Notes: generated by a model not told the origin, from the letters alone. A stretch of 64,000 bases of DNA from an uncultured Candidatus Izemoplasmatales bacterium (GCA_964567465.1 CAZMMT010000001.1:27794-91793); one strand, 5' to 3'; numbered from the stretch's first letter, positions 13,406-24,180 are shown. Numbers and translations: made by a program.

Positions 13406-14832
13406 AAAATTATCGAGAATCAATGCTAACGGATTTATATGAATTAACAATGGCTAACGGTTATTACTTGGAAAACAAACAAGATGATATCGGTTATTTT
13501 GATTTATATTATCGAAAAACAACTGACGAAGGTGGCTATGCTATTTTTGCTGGTTTGGAAACAATAATAAAATTTATTGAGTCGCTAAAATTTACCGAAG
13601 AAGATATTGCTTTTCTTCGTAAAAAAGCAATATTCAATGAAGGATTTTTAGAATATTTAAAAACCTTTAAATTCACTGGCGATATCTATTCTTTTAAAGA
13701 AGGAAGTATCATCTTCCCTAATGAACCGATTATGACAATTCGAGCTAAATTGATTGAAGCTCAAATAATCGAAACATTCTTGCTTCAAACAGTTAACCAT
13801 CAAAGCCTAATCGCTACAAAAGCAGCAAGAATTAAACAAGCTGCTAAAGGCAGAATCGTACTTGAAATGGGAGCTAGAAGAGCTCATGGAGCTTCAAGTA
13901 GTGTTCTAGGTGCTCGTTCTGCTTATATAGCTGGTATTGACGGCACCAGTAATGTTCTAGCTGATCAAATTTATGGCGTACCTTCAGGTGGTACAATGGC
14001 TCATTCTTGGGTTCAACTTTTCGACAGCGAATATGAAGCTTTTAAAGCTTATGCTAAGCATTACCCTAATTCAACGACTTTTCTAGTAGACACTTATGAT
14101 ACTCTAGATAGTGGCGTACCAAATGCAATAAAAGCTATTAAGGAAGTATTAATTCCACTGGGAGCTACGAACTACTCAATAAGAATTGATTCAGGCGACC
14201 TGACTTATCTAGCAAAACAATCAAGAGCTTTACTAGATGAAGCTGGATTACAAAATTGTAAGATAGTTGTAAGTAATGCACTTGATGAAAGATTAATCAA
14301 CACACTTCTATCTCAAGGCGCTCCGATTGACGTGTTTGGAGTCGGAGAAAGACTTATCACCGCAAAAAGCGATCCTGTATTTGGTTCTGTCTATAAACTA
14401 GTCGCAATTGAAAAAAATAATGAAATTATTCCTAAAATCAAAATAAGTGACAATGTTGAAAAAATAACTACTCCACATTTCAAAAAAATATACCGTATTT
14501 ATTCTAAAGATAGTAAAGCTGAAGCGGACTTAATAACAATTCATAATGAGGTAATTGACTCTAATAAACCATTAACTATTTTTGATCAACATAATACCTG
14601 GAAAACAAAAACATTTACTAATTATACAGTAAAAGAACTTCATCATACTATATTCAAGAATGGTGAATTAGTCTATAAAAGCCCTAAAATAAAAGCAATT
14701 AGAGAATTTGCTTTTGAAGAACTAAATAGTCTTTGGGATGAAGTAAAAAGATTTGACTTTCCTCATAAATACTATGTAGACTTATCAAAAGCGCTTTGGG
14801 ATGTAAAACAAAACCTAATAAATTCAAATTAA
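13402..14832 (+). CDS. pncB: Nicotinate phosphoribosyltransferase
   Basis: 476 aa. The N-terminus (LTDLYELTMANGY) and the central GTMAHSW motif are typical of NAPRTase. Confidence 0.9.
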   Translation: MKNYRESMLTDLYELTMANGYYLENKQDDIGYFDLYYRKTTDEGGYAIFAGLETIIKFIESLKFTEEDIAFLRKKAIFNEGFLEYLKTFKFTGDIYSFKEGSIIFPNEPIMTIRAKLIEAQIIETFLLQTVNHQSLIATKAARIKQAAKGRIVLEMGARRAHGASSSVLGARSAYIAGIDGTSNVLADQIYGVPSGGTMAHSWVQLFDSEYEAFKAYAKHYPNSTTFLVDTYDTLDSGVPNAIKAIKEVLIPLGATNYSIRIDSGDLTYLAKQSRALLDEAGLQNCKIVVSNALDERLINTLLSQGAPIDVFGVGERLITAKSDPVFGSVYKLVAIEKNNEIIPKIKISDNVEKITTPHFKKIYRIYSKDSKAEADLITIHNEVIDSNKPLTIFDQHNTWKTKTFTNYTVKELHHTIFKNGELVYKSPKIKAIREFAFEELNSLWDEVKRFDFPHKYYVDLSKALWDVKQNLINSN

Positions 14833-14860
14833 AAGAGACGAAATTTTTCGTCTCTTGTTC
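14831..14860. terminator. Bidirectional terminator between pncB and glnS
   Basis: AGAGACG-aaattttt-CGTCTCT hairpin flanked by an A-run and a T-rich tract, sitting between convergent genes. Confidence 0.75.
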
Positions 14861-14861
14861 T

Positions 14862-16496
14862 TTAATTAAATGATGATTTTAATTCAACGATTCGATTAAA
14901 AATTAATCGATCTTTTTTTGAATCATAATCAGTAGTAAAATATCCTTTTCTTATAAATTGGAATCTTTCTAGAACTGAAGTATCAATTAGTGATGGTTCA
15001 ACGAACCCTTTAAATGTTGCCCATGAATTAGGATTCAATCTTGTAAATAAATCTTTTTTCCCATCAGAATCAGTAAGTAATGGTTCAAACAAGTTAATCT
15101 CCGCTGGTAAAGCTGTTGATGCTTCTACGAAATGAATATTTCCATTTGGTTTTCTTTCATCAAAACCACTACCTGATTTCGTTAACTCATCATAAGTACA
15201 ATGTAGCTCTTTTATCGAACCATCTTCATTATAAATGACTTCATTACATTTAATGAAATATGCATGCATTAATCTGACTTCAATACCTAAGGATAATCTC
15301 TTCCATTTTTTATTTGGTTTTTCTTCGATAAAATCTTCTCTTTCGATGTAAATTTCTTTACCAAAAGCGATCTTACGTTTACCTAATTCTAAATTATCAT
15401 TATTGAATTCAACATCAATCCACTCTACATTATTATCTGGGTAATTTGTAATTATTACTTTTAACGGATCAATAACAGCGTTTACTCTTTTAACCTTAGT
15501 ATTCAAGTCATTTCTTAGAGAGGTTTCTAACATTTCGCTTGAAACAGTAGAGTTAATTCTTGAAAGTCCCGTGGACAAAATAAAGCTAACAATTGATTCC
15601 TTAGTATAGCCTCTTCTTCTTAATCCAGCCAATGTAGGCATTCTAGGATCGTCATAGCCTTTAACCATTTTTTCATCAACTAATTGTTTTAAGTATCTTT
15701 TTGACATAATGGTATTTGTAATATTAAGTCTTCCAAATTCATATTGGTGAGGAACATGCTCCATTTCACATTTTTCAACGAACCAATCATATAAAACTCG
15801 GTGATCATCATATTCCAATGAACAAAGTGAATGAGTTACGCCTTCAAAAGCATCTTGCAAAGGATGAGCGAAATCATACATTGGATAGATGCACCATTTG
15901 TTTCCCGTGTTATGATGTTCAATATGAATTATTCTATAAATTACCGGATCTCTCATATTCATATTCGGAGAAGACATATCAATTTTAGCCCTTAAAGTCT
16001 TTTCACCATCTTGATATTTACCATTCTTCATGTTTTCAAACAACATAAGATTTTCTTCAATACTTCTATTTCGATATGGAGAATCTTTTCCTGGAGTTGT
16101 TAATGTTCCTCGATATTCTCTCATTTCATCTGGGTTTAAATCACAAACATAAGCCAAACCTTTTTTTATTAATTTAATCGCTAATTCAAAAGTTGCTTCA
16201 AAATAATCTGAACCGAATAAAATATTAGCTGGTTTATATCCTAACCATTCAATATCTTTTTTTATCGCTTCAACAAAAGAACTATCTTCTTTTACCGGAT
16301 TGGTATCATCAAATCTTAAATTTGTTTTTCCACCAAAATGTCTCGCTAATTCAAAATTAGTAATTATCGCCCTTGCATGCCCTATATGCAAATATGCATT
16401 AGGTTCTGGTGGGAATCTAGTTATAATTTCATTAACTTTTCCGCTATTTAAATCCTCTTCCATAATTGATTTTATGAAATTTGATGTTATTTCCAT
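14862..16496 (-). CDS. glnS: Glutamine--tRNA ligase
   Basis: 544 aa. [18 protein letters not shown]...NLRFDDTNP closely parallels the E. coli GlnRS N-terminus as I recall it. The class I HIGH motif and the KMSKS-like IMSKR are present. Confidence 0.85.
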   Translation of the reverse strand: MEITSNFIKSIMEEDLNSGKVNEIITRFPPEPNAYLHIGHARAIITNFELARHFGGKTNLRFDDTNPVKEDSSFVEAIKKDIEWLGYKPANILFGSDYFEATFELAIKLIKKGLAYVCDLNPDEMREYRGTLTTPGKDSPYRNRSIEENLMLFENMKNGKYQDGEKTLRAKIDMSSPNMNMRDPVIYRIIHIEHHNTGNKWCIYPMYDFAHPLQDAFEGVTHSLCSLEYDDHRVLYDWFVEKCEMEHVPHQYEFGRLNITNTIMSKRYLKQLVDEKMVKGYDDPRMPTLAGLRRRGYTKESIVSFILSTGLSRINSTVSSEMLETSLRNDLNTKVKRVNAVIDPLKVIITNYPDNNVEWIDVEFNNDNLELGKRKIAFGKEIYIEREDFIEEKPNKKWKRLSLGIEVRLMHAYFIKCNEVIYNEDGSIKELHCTYDELTKSGSGFDERKPNGNIHFVEASTALPAEINLFEPLLTDSDGKKDLFTRLNPNSWATFKGFVEPSLIDTSVLERFQFIRKGYFTTDYDSKKDRLIFNRIVELKSSFN

Positions 16497-16498
16497 TT

Positions 16499-17497
16499 CT
16501 ATTCCTCCATATTTAGTCTTGATTGACCATTTAGATACAAATCATCTGCTTTAAATCCCTTTTGATACTGAAAATATCCCGCTGTAGCAATCATTGCTGC
16601 ATTATCAGTGCAATATGCCATATTTGGAAAATATATCGGCACATCTTTAATTTTCTCTATCATTTTTCTTCTTAAACCCGAATTTGCAGCTACGCCTCCA
16701 GCTACAATAATCTGTTTTATATTATACTCATTTTTTGCCATAATAGTTTTATGAACCAATACATCTGTAACTGCTTCTTGAAAACTTGCGCAAAAATCTT
16801 CAATATTTATATCTTCTTTACGCTGGACCATATTATGATGAGTGTTAATGACATGAGATTTTAAACCTGAGAAACTAAAGTTATAATCTCCGCTATCAAT
16901 CATTGGTCGAGGAAAATTCAAAGTATCTTTCCCTTTATTTGCCATCTTATCAACAATTGGTCCGCCTGGGTAAGGTAAACCTAAAACTCTTGCAACTTTA
17001 TCGTATGCCTCACCGACAGCATCGTCTTGAGTTTCTCCTAGTTTAAAGAAATCATAATGCTCTTTCATTAATATTAATTCCGTATGGCCGCCTGAAACTA
17101 CTAAAGCTAAAAGCGGAAATTCCATCGTATTATCAATATTATTTGCATATATATGTCCAGCAATATGATGAACTCCAACAATAGGGATATCATAATTTAA
17201 GCTTATTACCTTTGCCGCGTTAACTCCGATTAGTAAAGAACCTATCAATCCTGGCCCTTTAGTAACCGCAATCAAATCTAAATCTTCATATTCAATCTGA
17301 GCTTCCTTGATAGCTTTATCGAAAACATAGGTAACGCCCTTTACATGTTCTCTTGAAGCTATTTCTGGAACAACTCCCCCATATTCCTTATGAATATCTA
17401 TCTGTGATAAAACAACATTAGATAAAACTTTTTTACCGTCTTTTACAACGCTAACACTGGTTTCATCACAACTAGTTTCAACTCCTAGTACATACAT
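16499..17497 (-). CDS. tsaD: tRNA N6-adenosine threonylcarbamoyltransferase
   Basis: [15 protein letters not shown] and HHIAGHI motifs. The ATG at 17497 is preferred over the track's GTG at 17506 because the RBS GGAAGTGA lies upstream. Confidence 0.9.
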   Translation of the reverse strand: MYVLGVETSCDETSVSVVKDGKKVLSNVVLSQIDIHKEYGGVVPEIASREHVKGVTYVFDKAIKEAQIEYEDLDLIAVTKGPGLIGSLLIGVNAAKVISLNYDIPIVGVHHIAGHIYANNIDNTMEFPLLALVVSGGHTELILMKEHYDFFKLGETQDDAVGEAYDKVARVLGLPYPGGPIVDKMANKGKDTLNFPRPMIDSGDYNFSFSGLKSHVINTHHNMVQRKEDINIEDFCASFQEAVTDVLVHKTIMAKNEYNIKQIIVAGGVAANSGLRRKMIEKIKDVPIYFPNMAYCTDNAAMIATAGYFQYQKGFKADDLYLNGQSRLNMEE

Positions 17498-17498
17498 A

Positions 17499-17936
17499 TT
17501 ATTCACTTCCCAATCTTTTATACATTAAATAAGCATCTTCGCCATTATTATAATATGCTTTTCTAATAGAAACTTGCTTAAAACCAGATTTAACATACAA
17601 ATTTAACGCAGCTATATTCGATGGTCTAACCTCTAAAGTAACTTCGATGACGCCATACTCACTTAATATTTCTAAAGTATTATCTAAAAAATACTTACCA
17701 TACCCTCTTCTTCGAAGTTCTTCAATAACAACAAAAGAGTTTATTTGTGCTTTATCTTCATCAATCCAAAGTATTATATAACCAAGAACTTCTTCATCCA
17801 CCAATAAATAGAAGTGGATCAAAGGATTGTAAAAATCCTCATATAGTTTTTCTAGCGTAGTAAAATTATGAAAATATTTATTCTCATATTCTAGTATTAT
17901 TCCTAAATCTTCTAATACGGCTTTTCTAATTTTCAT
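17499..17936 (-). CDS. rimI: Ribosomal-protein-alanine N-acetyltransferase, GNAT family
   Basis: 145 aa GNAT fold ([10 protein letters not shown]) located between tsaB and tsaD, the usual rimI position. Confidence 0.75.
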   Translation of the reverse strand: MKIRKAVLEDLGIILEYENKYFHNFTTLEKLYEDFYNPLIHFYLLVDEEVLGYIILWIDEDKAQINSFVVIEELRRRGYGKYFLDNTLEILSEYGVIEVTLEVRPSNIAALNLYVKSGFKQVSIRKAYYNNGEDAYLMYKRLGSE

Positions 17937-18537
17937 TTCTTAAGTTTCTCTCCGCTTCAGTAACTTGGAGATAGTTTGGAGTTAGACTATGTACATCGTC
18001 TACTTTGATTAATATGTTAGATTTTAATATCTTATTTACGTCTGGTTTTCCTTCTTCTACAACTTCAAAATCAATCTCTAGAGAAGTCTTGAATTTTTCA
18101 ATATTTTGTAGGCAATCATCTTTAACTATATTTAATTTTTCGTCACTATTAGCATATAAACCCATAAATGCATTTCCTCTTCTTGCGTCAATAAGGGCTA
18201 AAACATAAGGTTTGTTTGATGAAGAAGCCATTAAAGCTAGTGATGAAACTTTATATAAAGATAAATTATTAAGATAAGCAATCATCTTAGCAACCGTAAC
18301 TCCGATTCTTACTCCAGTATAACTACCCGGTCCTACACCAACGATTATTTCATCAATTTCTTGTAATTTGATTTTTTCATTTTCCAACATTTTTTGAAGA
18401 TAAGGAATAATCGTTACAGAATGATTATTTATACCTACTTCATAAAAATGTTGTTTTTCAACTCCATCAATCACTAACGATAAGAAGATATATTTAGTTG
18501 CTGTATCTATTATTAATTGCTTCAATAATTTTTTCAT
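17926..18537 (-). CDS. tsaB: tRNA threonylcarbamoyladenosine biosynthesis protein TsaB
   Basis: IDTATKYIFLSL...GVGPGSYTGVRIGV motifs. The ATG at 18537 is preferred over the track's TTG at 18555. Confidence 0.85.
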   Translation of the reverse strand: MKKLLKQLIIDTATKYIFLSLVIDGVEKQHFYEVGINNHSVTIIPYLQKMLENEKIKLQEIDEIIVGVGPGSYTGVRIGVTVAKMIAYLNNLSLYKVSSLALMASSSNKPYVLALIDARRGNAFMGLYANSDEKLNIVKDDCLQNIEKFKTSLEIDFEVVEEGKPDVNKILKSNILIKVDDVHSLTPNYLQVTEAERNLRNEN

Positions 18538-18976
18538 ATCTTCCCTTTCCTTCAATTAATAGACTTCTTTGAAATTCTCCATCTGCTTGAATATCTATTG
18601 TTAGTAATTCTTCTGGTAATTGATCTCTTATATATGTATACCACTCAATTACACTTACACCTTCACCATATATAAAATCATCCAACTCGTAATCATATCC
18701 AACATCTTCTAGTCTATATACATCCATATGATATAAATCATAATTCCCTTGATAAATCTTCAAAATTGTAAAAGTTGGTGAATTTATATTATCATTCACA
18801 CCGATATTTTTTGCTAAATATTTCGTAAATGTTGTTTTCCCCGATCCTAAGTCACCTGCTAAACCTATTATCATACCTGAAAACGCATAATCAGCAATAA
18901 TTTTTGCTAATTTTTTTGTATCTTCAATTGAATTTAAAACTATTTTTGTTTTCAAATAAATACACTCATTTCTCAT
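18494..18976 (-). CDS. tsaE: tRNA threonylcarbamoyladenosine biosynthesis ATPase TsaE
   Basis: 160 aa with the P-loop GDLGSGKTTFTK and SPTFT motifs. The start is uncertain because the -10 element lies only 16 nt upstream. Confidence 0.85.
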   Translation of the reverse strand: MRNECIYLKTKIVLNSIEDTKKLAKIIADYAFSGMIIGLAGDLGSGKTTFTKYLAKNIGVNDNINSPTFTILKIYQGNYDLYHMDVYRLEDVGYDYELDDFIYGEGVSVIEWYTYIRDQLPEELLTIDIQADGEFQRSLLIEGKGRYEKIIEAINNRYSN

Positions 18977-18992
18977 AAATATTCATAGTAAA

Positions 18993-19001
18993 ATTATATC
19001 A
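18993..19001 (-). promoter_or_regulatory. Extended -10 element for the tsaE operon
   Basis: The reverse complement reads TGATATAAT, 16 nt upstream of the tsaE ATG. This implies a very short leader. Confidence 0.4.
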
Positions 19002-19089
19002 TATAAACCGTAAAAACAAATCAAAATCATGTTATAAGGTACTTTTTCATTACAATCTAAAACATTTATATCCTTAAAATTATTCTTTA

Positions 19090-19098
19090 TGTTATAAT
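19090..19098 (+). promoter_or_regulatory. Extended -10 element for the lipid kinase gene
   Basis: TGTTATAAT, 37 nt upstream of the ATG at 19136. The RBS AAGGAG follows. Confidence 0.5.
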
Positions 19099-19135
19099 AA
19101 TTCATGATGATTCAGGTAAAAATAAGGAGCTTATA

Positions 19136-20014
19136 ATGTTTCTAATCGTACACAATCCTCTATCGAGTAATCGCAAGTCTAAAAAAACCACATATAAGTA
19201 CGTAAAATTCTTTAAAAAATATAAAATACCTTTCCGTTTAAGATCGACTTTAAAAATTAAAAACTTAAACGTATTTCTTGATTCTAATCCAGAAATCACT
19301 GATATTTTATACTTAGGTGGAGATGGTTCAATCAATCACTTAATCAATAATGTTGATGTCAATGATATCAAGCAAAACATATATCTTGGCAAAAGCGGTT
19401 CCGGAAATGACTTTTTACGTACGTTAAAGAAATTTAAAGAAGCCAATATTACTCTAGGTGAAGCGAAAACCAACATTGGCTCTACTAAATTTATTAACGG
19501 ATGCGGACTAGGTTTCGACGGGTTAGTTTGTCATTATGTTAATAACGACAAGAAAAAAGGAAAATTATCTTATTTTATAAACGTTTTTCGTTCCATAATT
19601 AAGTATCAACCAGTTGAAATCGATATAAATGTTGATGGTAAGGATTACCATTTCAAAAAAGTGTTTATTTCCGCAATTCAAAACGGAAGATATTTTGGTG
19701 GAGGCATGAAAGCTACTCCAAACGCCGATCCAACAGATGATAATTACATAATCTGCGTTGCTCATAACTTATCAAAATTAACCCTTCAACTTCTACTATT
19801 AACAATTTATCCTGGATGGCATAGATTCATAAAAGGAAAAGTAACGATGTTAACCGGAACAAATATTAAAATTAAACATCCTTCAGAAACCTATTTCCAA
19901 GCAGACGGTGAAGTAATGGGTAATATTAATGAAGTCGAAATTAAACCTATTCAAAAACGAACATTCATTGCTTTTAACAAAAAAGAGTTTAAAAATAAAT
20001 CAGCCACTAAATGA
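19136..20014 (+). CDS. Diacylglycerol kinase catalytic-domain family lipid kinase
   Basis: 292 aa. LGGDGSINHL is the DAGK_cat GGDG motif. A paralogue lies at 39067-39975. Confidence 0.75.
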   Translation: MFLIVHNPLSSNRKSKKTTYKYVKFFKKYKIPFRLRSTLKIKNLNVFLDSNPEITDILYLGGDGSINHLINNVDVNDIKQNIYLGKSGSGNDFLRTLKKFKEANITLGEAKTNIGSTKFINGCGLGFDGLVCHYVNNDKKKGKLSYFINVFRSIIKYQPVEIDINVDGKDYHFKKVFISAIQNGRYFGGGMKATPNADPTDDNYIICVAHNLSKLTLQLLLLTIYPGWHRFIKGKVTMLTGTNIKIKHPSETYFQADGEVMGNINEVEIKPIQKRTFIAFNKKEFKNKSATK

Positions 20015-20027
20015 TGGCTGATTTTTT

Positions 20028-21359
20028 TTATAAATTCTCTTCCAGCTTTTTTCTTAAAGCTTCATAGCCAGGTTTGCCAAGCAAAGCAAACATATTCTTT
20101 TTATATGCTTCTACTCCAGGTTGATCGAATGGATTAACTCCCAACAAATATCCGCTTACTCCAACGGCTAACTCAAAAAAGTAAACCAAATATCCAAATG
20201 TGTAAGGACTAATCTTATCAATTTCGATAACTATATTAGGAACTCCTCCGTCTCTATGAGCTAATAAGGTTCCTTGAAGTGCTTTCTTATTTACAAAGTC
20301 TAAACCCTTTTGTTTTAGGTAATTTAAGCCATCTAAATCGTTTTGCTCTTCTTCGATTATTACATCTTTTTCTGGATTCTTAACATTTATAACTGTTTCA
20401 AAAAGAATTCTTTCACCATCTTGGATATACTGTCCCAAAGAATGAAGATCTGTTGAAAAAGAAGCGCTTGATATAAATAATCCTTTATGATCTTTTCCTT
20501 CTGATTCTCCAAATAGTTGTTTCCACCATTCAGCAAAATATGTTAATTTAGGTTCATAGTTTACTAACATCTCGATACTATAATTATTTCTATATAATAG
20601 ATTTCTCAACGCTACATACATATGAACATCATTCTTATAAACACTATACTTATCATATTCTTTTCTTGAAGCTTTAGCTCCAGCTAACATTTGCTTAATG
20701 TTAATACCACTAGCAGCTATCGGCAATAAACCTACCGCTGTTAAAACTGAAAATCTTCCTCCGATATCATCAGGCACTACGAATGTTGTGTAGCCATTTG
20801 AGTTAGCCAATTCTCTTAAAGCGCCTTTAGACTTGTCAGTTGTTGCATAAATTCGGTTAGCTGCCTCTTTTTCGCCATATTTTTCTTCTAACAATCTTTT
20901 TAATACTCTAAAAGCGATAGCTGGTTCAGTAGTTGTCCCAGATTTCGATATCACGTTAATTGCAAAATTCTTATTTTTTAGAAAATCTGCTAATTCATTT
21001 AGATACGTACTGCTCATATTATGTCCAGCAAATATTATGTCTACATTCTTTCTCTTTGGAAAATAAGGTTTTAAAAATTCAATAGCTGCTTTAGCCCCTA
21101 AATAAGATCCTCCAATACCAATGACAACCAATATATTAGCTTGCTTTCTTATCTTTTTCGCAGCTTCGTAAATTCTTTCAATCTCGTCATTATCATAGTT
21201 TTCTGGTAAATCTAACCAACCTAAATATTCACTTCCAAGACCGCTTTTATCTTCTAGCATTTTTCTCGCTTGTTTAATCTCTTTATTGATTGAATCAAGA
21301 TCTTTATCATTAATAAAAGGTAAAGCAAATCTATAATCTAAATTTAAATGTTTACTCAT
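20028..21359 (-). CDS. pgi: Glucose-6-phosphate isomerase
   Basis: 443 aa. [18 protein letters not shown] and DQPGVE motifs match the short Firmicutes-type PGI. Confidence 0.95.
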   Translation of the reverse strand: MSKHLNLDYRFALPFINDKDLDSINKEIKQARKMLEDKSGLGSEYLGWLDLPENYDNDEIERIYEAAKKIRKQANILVVIGIGGSYLGAKAAIEFLKPYFPKRKNVDIIFAGHNMSSTYLNELADFLKNKNFAINVISKSGTTTEPAIAFRVLKRLLEEKYGEKEAANRIYATTDKSKGALRELANSNGYTTFVVPDDIGGRFSVLTAVGLLPIAASGINIKQMLAGAKASRKEYDKYSVYKNDVHMYVALRNLLYRNNYSIEMLVNYEPKLTYFAEWWKQLFGESEGKDHKGLFISSASFSTDLHSLGQYIQDGERILFETVINVKNPEKDVIIEEEQNDLDGLNYLKQKGLDFVNKKALQGTLLAHRDGGVPNIVIEIDKISPYTFGYLVYFFELAVGVSGYLLGVNPFDQPGVEAYKKNMFALLGKPGYEALRKKLEENL

Positions 21360-21446
21360 TATAATATCCTCCTATATACAACAAATATTATAACATAAAG
21401 ATATCAAATCCAGCCTCTTAATGTTCAAAATGCAACCACTTTCATT

Positions 21447-21479
21447 AAAAAAACAACTCAAATTTTATACAAAATTTGA
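21447..21479 (-). terminator. Rho-independent terminator of the S1-domain gene
   Basis: TCAAATTTT-atac-AAAATTTGA hairpin, with an A-run at 21447-21453 on the plus strand giving a U-tail on the minus strand. Confidence 0.6.
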
Positions 21480-21490
21480 ATCGCCTTTTT

Positions 21491-21820
21491 CTAGTTATTG
21501 TCTTTTTGATACTTTTCAACCCAAGCTTTTAGTTGCGTTTCAAAAGGTTTGAAACCACTTGTAACTTCAGTTGATTCTCTTTTTTTACGTCTTTTCTTAT
21601 TTTGGGTTTTATAACTTAAACTAAGTTTATTGTTATCAATTTTGATAACTTCTAGCGTTACTTCATCCCCGACACTAAGATAGTCTTCTATACTTCTAAC
21701 ATAACCATCACTAATTTCTGAAATATGGATTAATCCATCAATCTCATTGTCAATTTTAACAAATGCTCCGTATGGCTTAATATTAGTAATCCGACCTTTG
21801 ACGATGTCACCTTGTTTCAT
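21491..21820 (-). CDS. S1 RNA-binding domain protein (YugI/YabR-like)
   Basis: GDIVKGRITNIKPYGAFV...GLIHISE is a canonical S1 domain, followed by a basic tail. The ATG at 21820 has the RBS GAGGGGTG 6 nt upstream and is preferred over the track's GTG at 21829. Confidence 0.8.
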   Translation of the reverse strand: MKQGDIVKGRITNIKPYGAFVKIDNEIDGLIHISEISDGYVRSIEDYLSVGDEVTLEVIKIDNNKLSLSYKTQNKKRRKKRESTEVTSGFKPFETQLKAWVEKYQKDNN

Positions 21821-21849
21821 ATTTAACACCCCTCAAAGAAACTGTAAAT

Positions 21850-21858
21850 ATTATAACA
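21850..21858 (-). promoter_or_regulatory. Extended -10 element for the S1-domain gene
   Basis: The reverse complement reads TGTTATAAT, 29 nt upstream of the ATG at 21820. Confidence 0.5.
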
Positions 21859-21922
21859 CATCACAGTTTTTTTTCAAGTAATAATCCCGCTCGATAAAAA
21901 TAAAAGACTAACTCTAAAAAAG

Positions 21923-22426
21923 TTAATCTTTATCTCCTACTGCATTATGAGCAATTGAACTAGCTGCAGCCGCTGCTATAGCACCAATAATATCATCCAT
22001 AAAAGTATGACATTTATCAGGTTGCTTCCCAATTTCATCTAACTCACCAATTATACCTGGTTTCACTTTATCTACATAACCAAAATTAGTTAATCCTATC
22101 GATCCATAGACATTTGTAATTGATAAAACTAAGATTTCATCAATTCCATAAAGCGGATTGTCTTCACTGACCAAAGTTTGTAATGGTTCAGAAAGCATTT
22201 TCTTTTCAGCTAACATGTCTAGTTCTAATCCTGTAACAATTGCGTTTTGAACTTCTCTTTTGTCCAAAACTCTACTAACAGCATTTAAACAAAGCTCATT
22301 AGTAATATTAGGAATGTATTTTTTTTGCAAATCATAAACAATTTCAACAATTTTATCAAGAGTAACTCCTCTTGATTCAAGCAAATTTACACAAATTTCC
22401 TTCATTCTTTTTTGTTTTTCTACCAT
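21923..22426 (-). CDS. Phosphatidylglycerophosphatase A family protein (YutG-like)
   Basis: 167 aa. Resemblance to the B. subtilis YutG/PgpA-like family and the neighbouring yut-type genes support the call, which is made from memory. Confidence 0.55.
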   Translation of the reverse strand: MVEKQKRMKEICVNLLESRGVTLDKIVEIVYDLQKKYIPNITNELCLNAVSRVLDKREVQNAIVTGLELDMLAEKKMLSEPLQTLVSEDNPLYGIDEILVLSITNVYGSIGLTNFGYVDKVKPGIIGELDEIGKQPDKCHTFMDDIIGAIAAAAASSIAHNAVGDKD

Positions 22427-22656
22427 ATATGCTCAACTCCTATAACTCCAGGAACTCTTTCCAAAAGTGTATCTTCAATCAAATCTGACATTGTAGACTC
22501 AAATCCAGCGCAACCTACACAAGCTCCTTGCAATTTAACATAAACTATTCCATCTTCAAATTTTACAAACTCAATATCGCCACCATCGCGATTAATATAT
22601 GGTCTAATAAGTTTAATTACTTCTTTAATTTCAGCAATAATTTCTTCGTAATCCAT
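22420..22656 (-). CDS. NifU C-terminal-domain Fe-S cluster assembly protein (YutI/Nfu-like)
   Basis: 78 aa. RPYINRDGGDIEFVKFEDGIVYVKLQGACVGC is the classic Nfu/NifU C-terminal motif. Confidence 0.85.
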   Translation of the reverse strand: MDYEEIIAEIKEVIKLIRPYINRDGGDIEFVKFEDGIVYVKLQGACVGCAGFESTMSDLIEDTLLERVPGVIGVEHIW

Positions 22657-22667
22657 TCAAATCACCT

Positions 22668-22940
22668 CTATTCTTCAAACTTCTTATTTTTATCATAATT
22701 AGGATTCTTTAAAATATAATAAGCACAGTTCGGTGAACACGATTCAACAACATAATCGGGAATTAATTGATAATTATCGTCTGAAAAACCTTTCAAACGC
22801 AAAATACCCGCCGAATAATCTCCGACTAAATAAGGATAAATATCAAAAAAATCTACATATCTCTTATTGAAGTCATCCATAACAAAGGCTTCACGATAAT
22901 TTTTAATTAATTCAAATTCTCCATGCACTGATTCAATCAT
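22668..22940 (-). CDS. YutD-like protein (DUF1027)
   Basis: 90 aa. NYREAF...KRY...YLVGDYSAGILRLKGF matches my recollection of the YutD family pattern. Confidence 0.6.
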   Translation of the reverse strand: MIESVHGEFELIKNYREAFVMDDFNKRYVDFFDIYPYLVGDYSAGILRLKGFSDDNYQLIPDYVVESCSPNCAYYILKNPNYDKNKKFEE

Positions 22941-23009
22941 ATAATATCACTCCTAGCATTAATATTTTATCACAGTAATATTTTTTTTAAAAACATATTT
23001 ACTTTAAAA

Positions 23010-23035
23010 GAAAAAACTAAGAGAAAATCTCTTAG
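23010..23035 (-). terminator. Rho-independent terminator ending the ispF-containing operon
   Basis: CTAAGAGA-aaa-TCTCTTAG hairpin (23017-23035), with an A-run at 23011-23016 on the plus strand giving a U-tail on the minus strand. Confidence 0.75.
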
Positions 23036-23038
23036 CAA

Positions 23039-23530
23039 TTAATCTAACATATAATCTGACTTCTCTAAAATCACTACAGATTCGCAGATAATTCCTTCTT
23101 CTCTGCCTACAAATCCTAAGCCTTCAAATGTAGTAGCCTTGACTGATATTAAATGGATATCACAATTAAGGATTGAAGCTATGTTTTCTCTAATAGCTTT
23201 AATATAAGGTCTAATCTTTGGTTCTTGCAGAGAAACCATTGTATCGATATTTGATACTTCATATCCTTTTGAACTGATGTAATTAAATACTTCTTTCAAT
23301 ATTAATCCTGAATCATAATCTTTATATTTCGGATCATCATCGGGGAAAAATTTACCTAAATCTCCAAGAGCTAAAGCTCCCAACATAGATTCAGCAATCG
23401 CATGTAACAAACAATCTCCGTCAGAATAACCGACAGTACCTTTATAATGTGGTATTTCAATACCGCCTAAAATAAATTTTGATCCTTCTTGTAATGGATG
23501 AACATCTTTTGAAAATCCTATTTTAATCAT
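23039..23530 (-). CDS. ispF: 2-C-methyl-D-erythritol 2,4-cyclodiphosphate synthase
   Basis: 163 aa. GFSKDVH...SDGDCLLHAI...LGDLGKFFP motifs are present. It overlaps ispD by 4 nt. Confidence 0.95.
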   Translation of the reverse strand: MIKIGFSKDVHPLQEGSKFILGGIEIPHYKGTVGYSDGDCLLHAIAESMLGALALGDLGKFFPDDDPKYKDYDSGLILKEVFNYISSKGYEVSNIDTMVSLQEPKIRPYIKAIRENIASILNCDIHLISVKATTFEGLGFVGREEGIICESVVILEKSDYMLD

Positions 23531-24177
23531 AACAAAGCCTCCAAAATCTTTATGTCAAGTTCAGTGGTTAATTTAATGTTATTTTCATTGCCTTCTAATA
23601 TTATAACATCTTCTTGTAGTTCTTGCATATATAAACTTGCATCGTCACTATAAGAATTTTCATTAACCATAGCTAACTCATAAGCCTTAATAATTTTATC
23701 TGTAGTAAAAGCCTGAGGTGTTTGTAATAACATATAATTATCTCTATTAACATAACTCTTCAATTTTCCGAATGAAACTTTAGCGATAGAATCTTTTACT
23801 TTTTTGGCTAAAACACAAGGATTTTCCTTTACTGTAATCTTCAACTTTTCAATATCAAATTTATCAATAAAAGGACGAGCACCATCATGAATCAAAACAA
23901 ACTTATTGTTGACTTTCTTTAAACCGTTGTAAACACTTTCTTGTCTAGTGATACCACCTAGAGTTATTTTTATATCTTTTCCTTTTAGTAATTCTTTAAC
24001 GTGAGATTGATCTTTTTCAGTTGTCACAATAATTATTTCCGAGAATGAAGAGTCTTTTAAAAAATACTCAACAGAATATTCTAAAATTGACTTTTGATGT
24101 ATTTCATAAAAAACTTTATTATAACCCAAGTTCAAACGGGTTCCTTTTCCTGCCGCTAAAATGATTACCGAATACAT
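23527..24177 (-). CDS. ispD: 2-C-methyl-D-erythritol 4-phosphate cytidylyltransferase
   Basis: 216 aa. The N-terminal ILAAGKGTRL nucleotidyltransferase motif and HDGARPF are present. Confidence 0.9.
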   Translation of the reverse strand: MYSVIILAAGKGTRLNLGYNKVFYEIHQKSILEYSVEYFLKDSSFSEIIIVTTEKDQSHVKELLKGKDIKITLGGITRQESVYNGLKKVNNKFVLIHDGARPFIDKFDIEKLKITVKENPCVLAKKVKDSIAKVSFGKLKSYVNRDNYMLLQTPQAFTTDKIIKAYELAMVNENSYSDDASLYMQELQEDVIILEGNENNIKLTTELDIKILEALL

Positions 24178-24180
24178 AGC

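Noticed and set aside
21838-21875. Hairpin AAACTGT...ACAGTTT followed by a T-run on the plus strand, which looks like a plus-strand terminator
   Set aside because: No plus-strand gene precedes it. The same sequence contains the minus-strand extended -10 element (TGTTATAAT) of the S1-domain gene, so the T-run is more likely just AT-rich promoter context.
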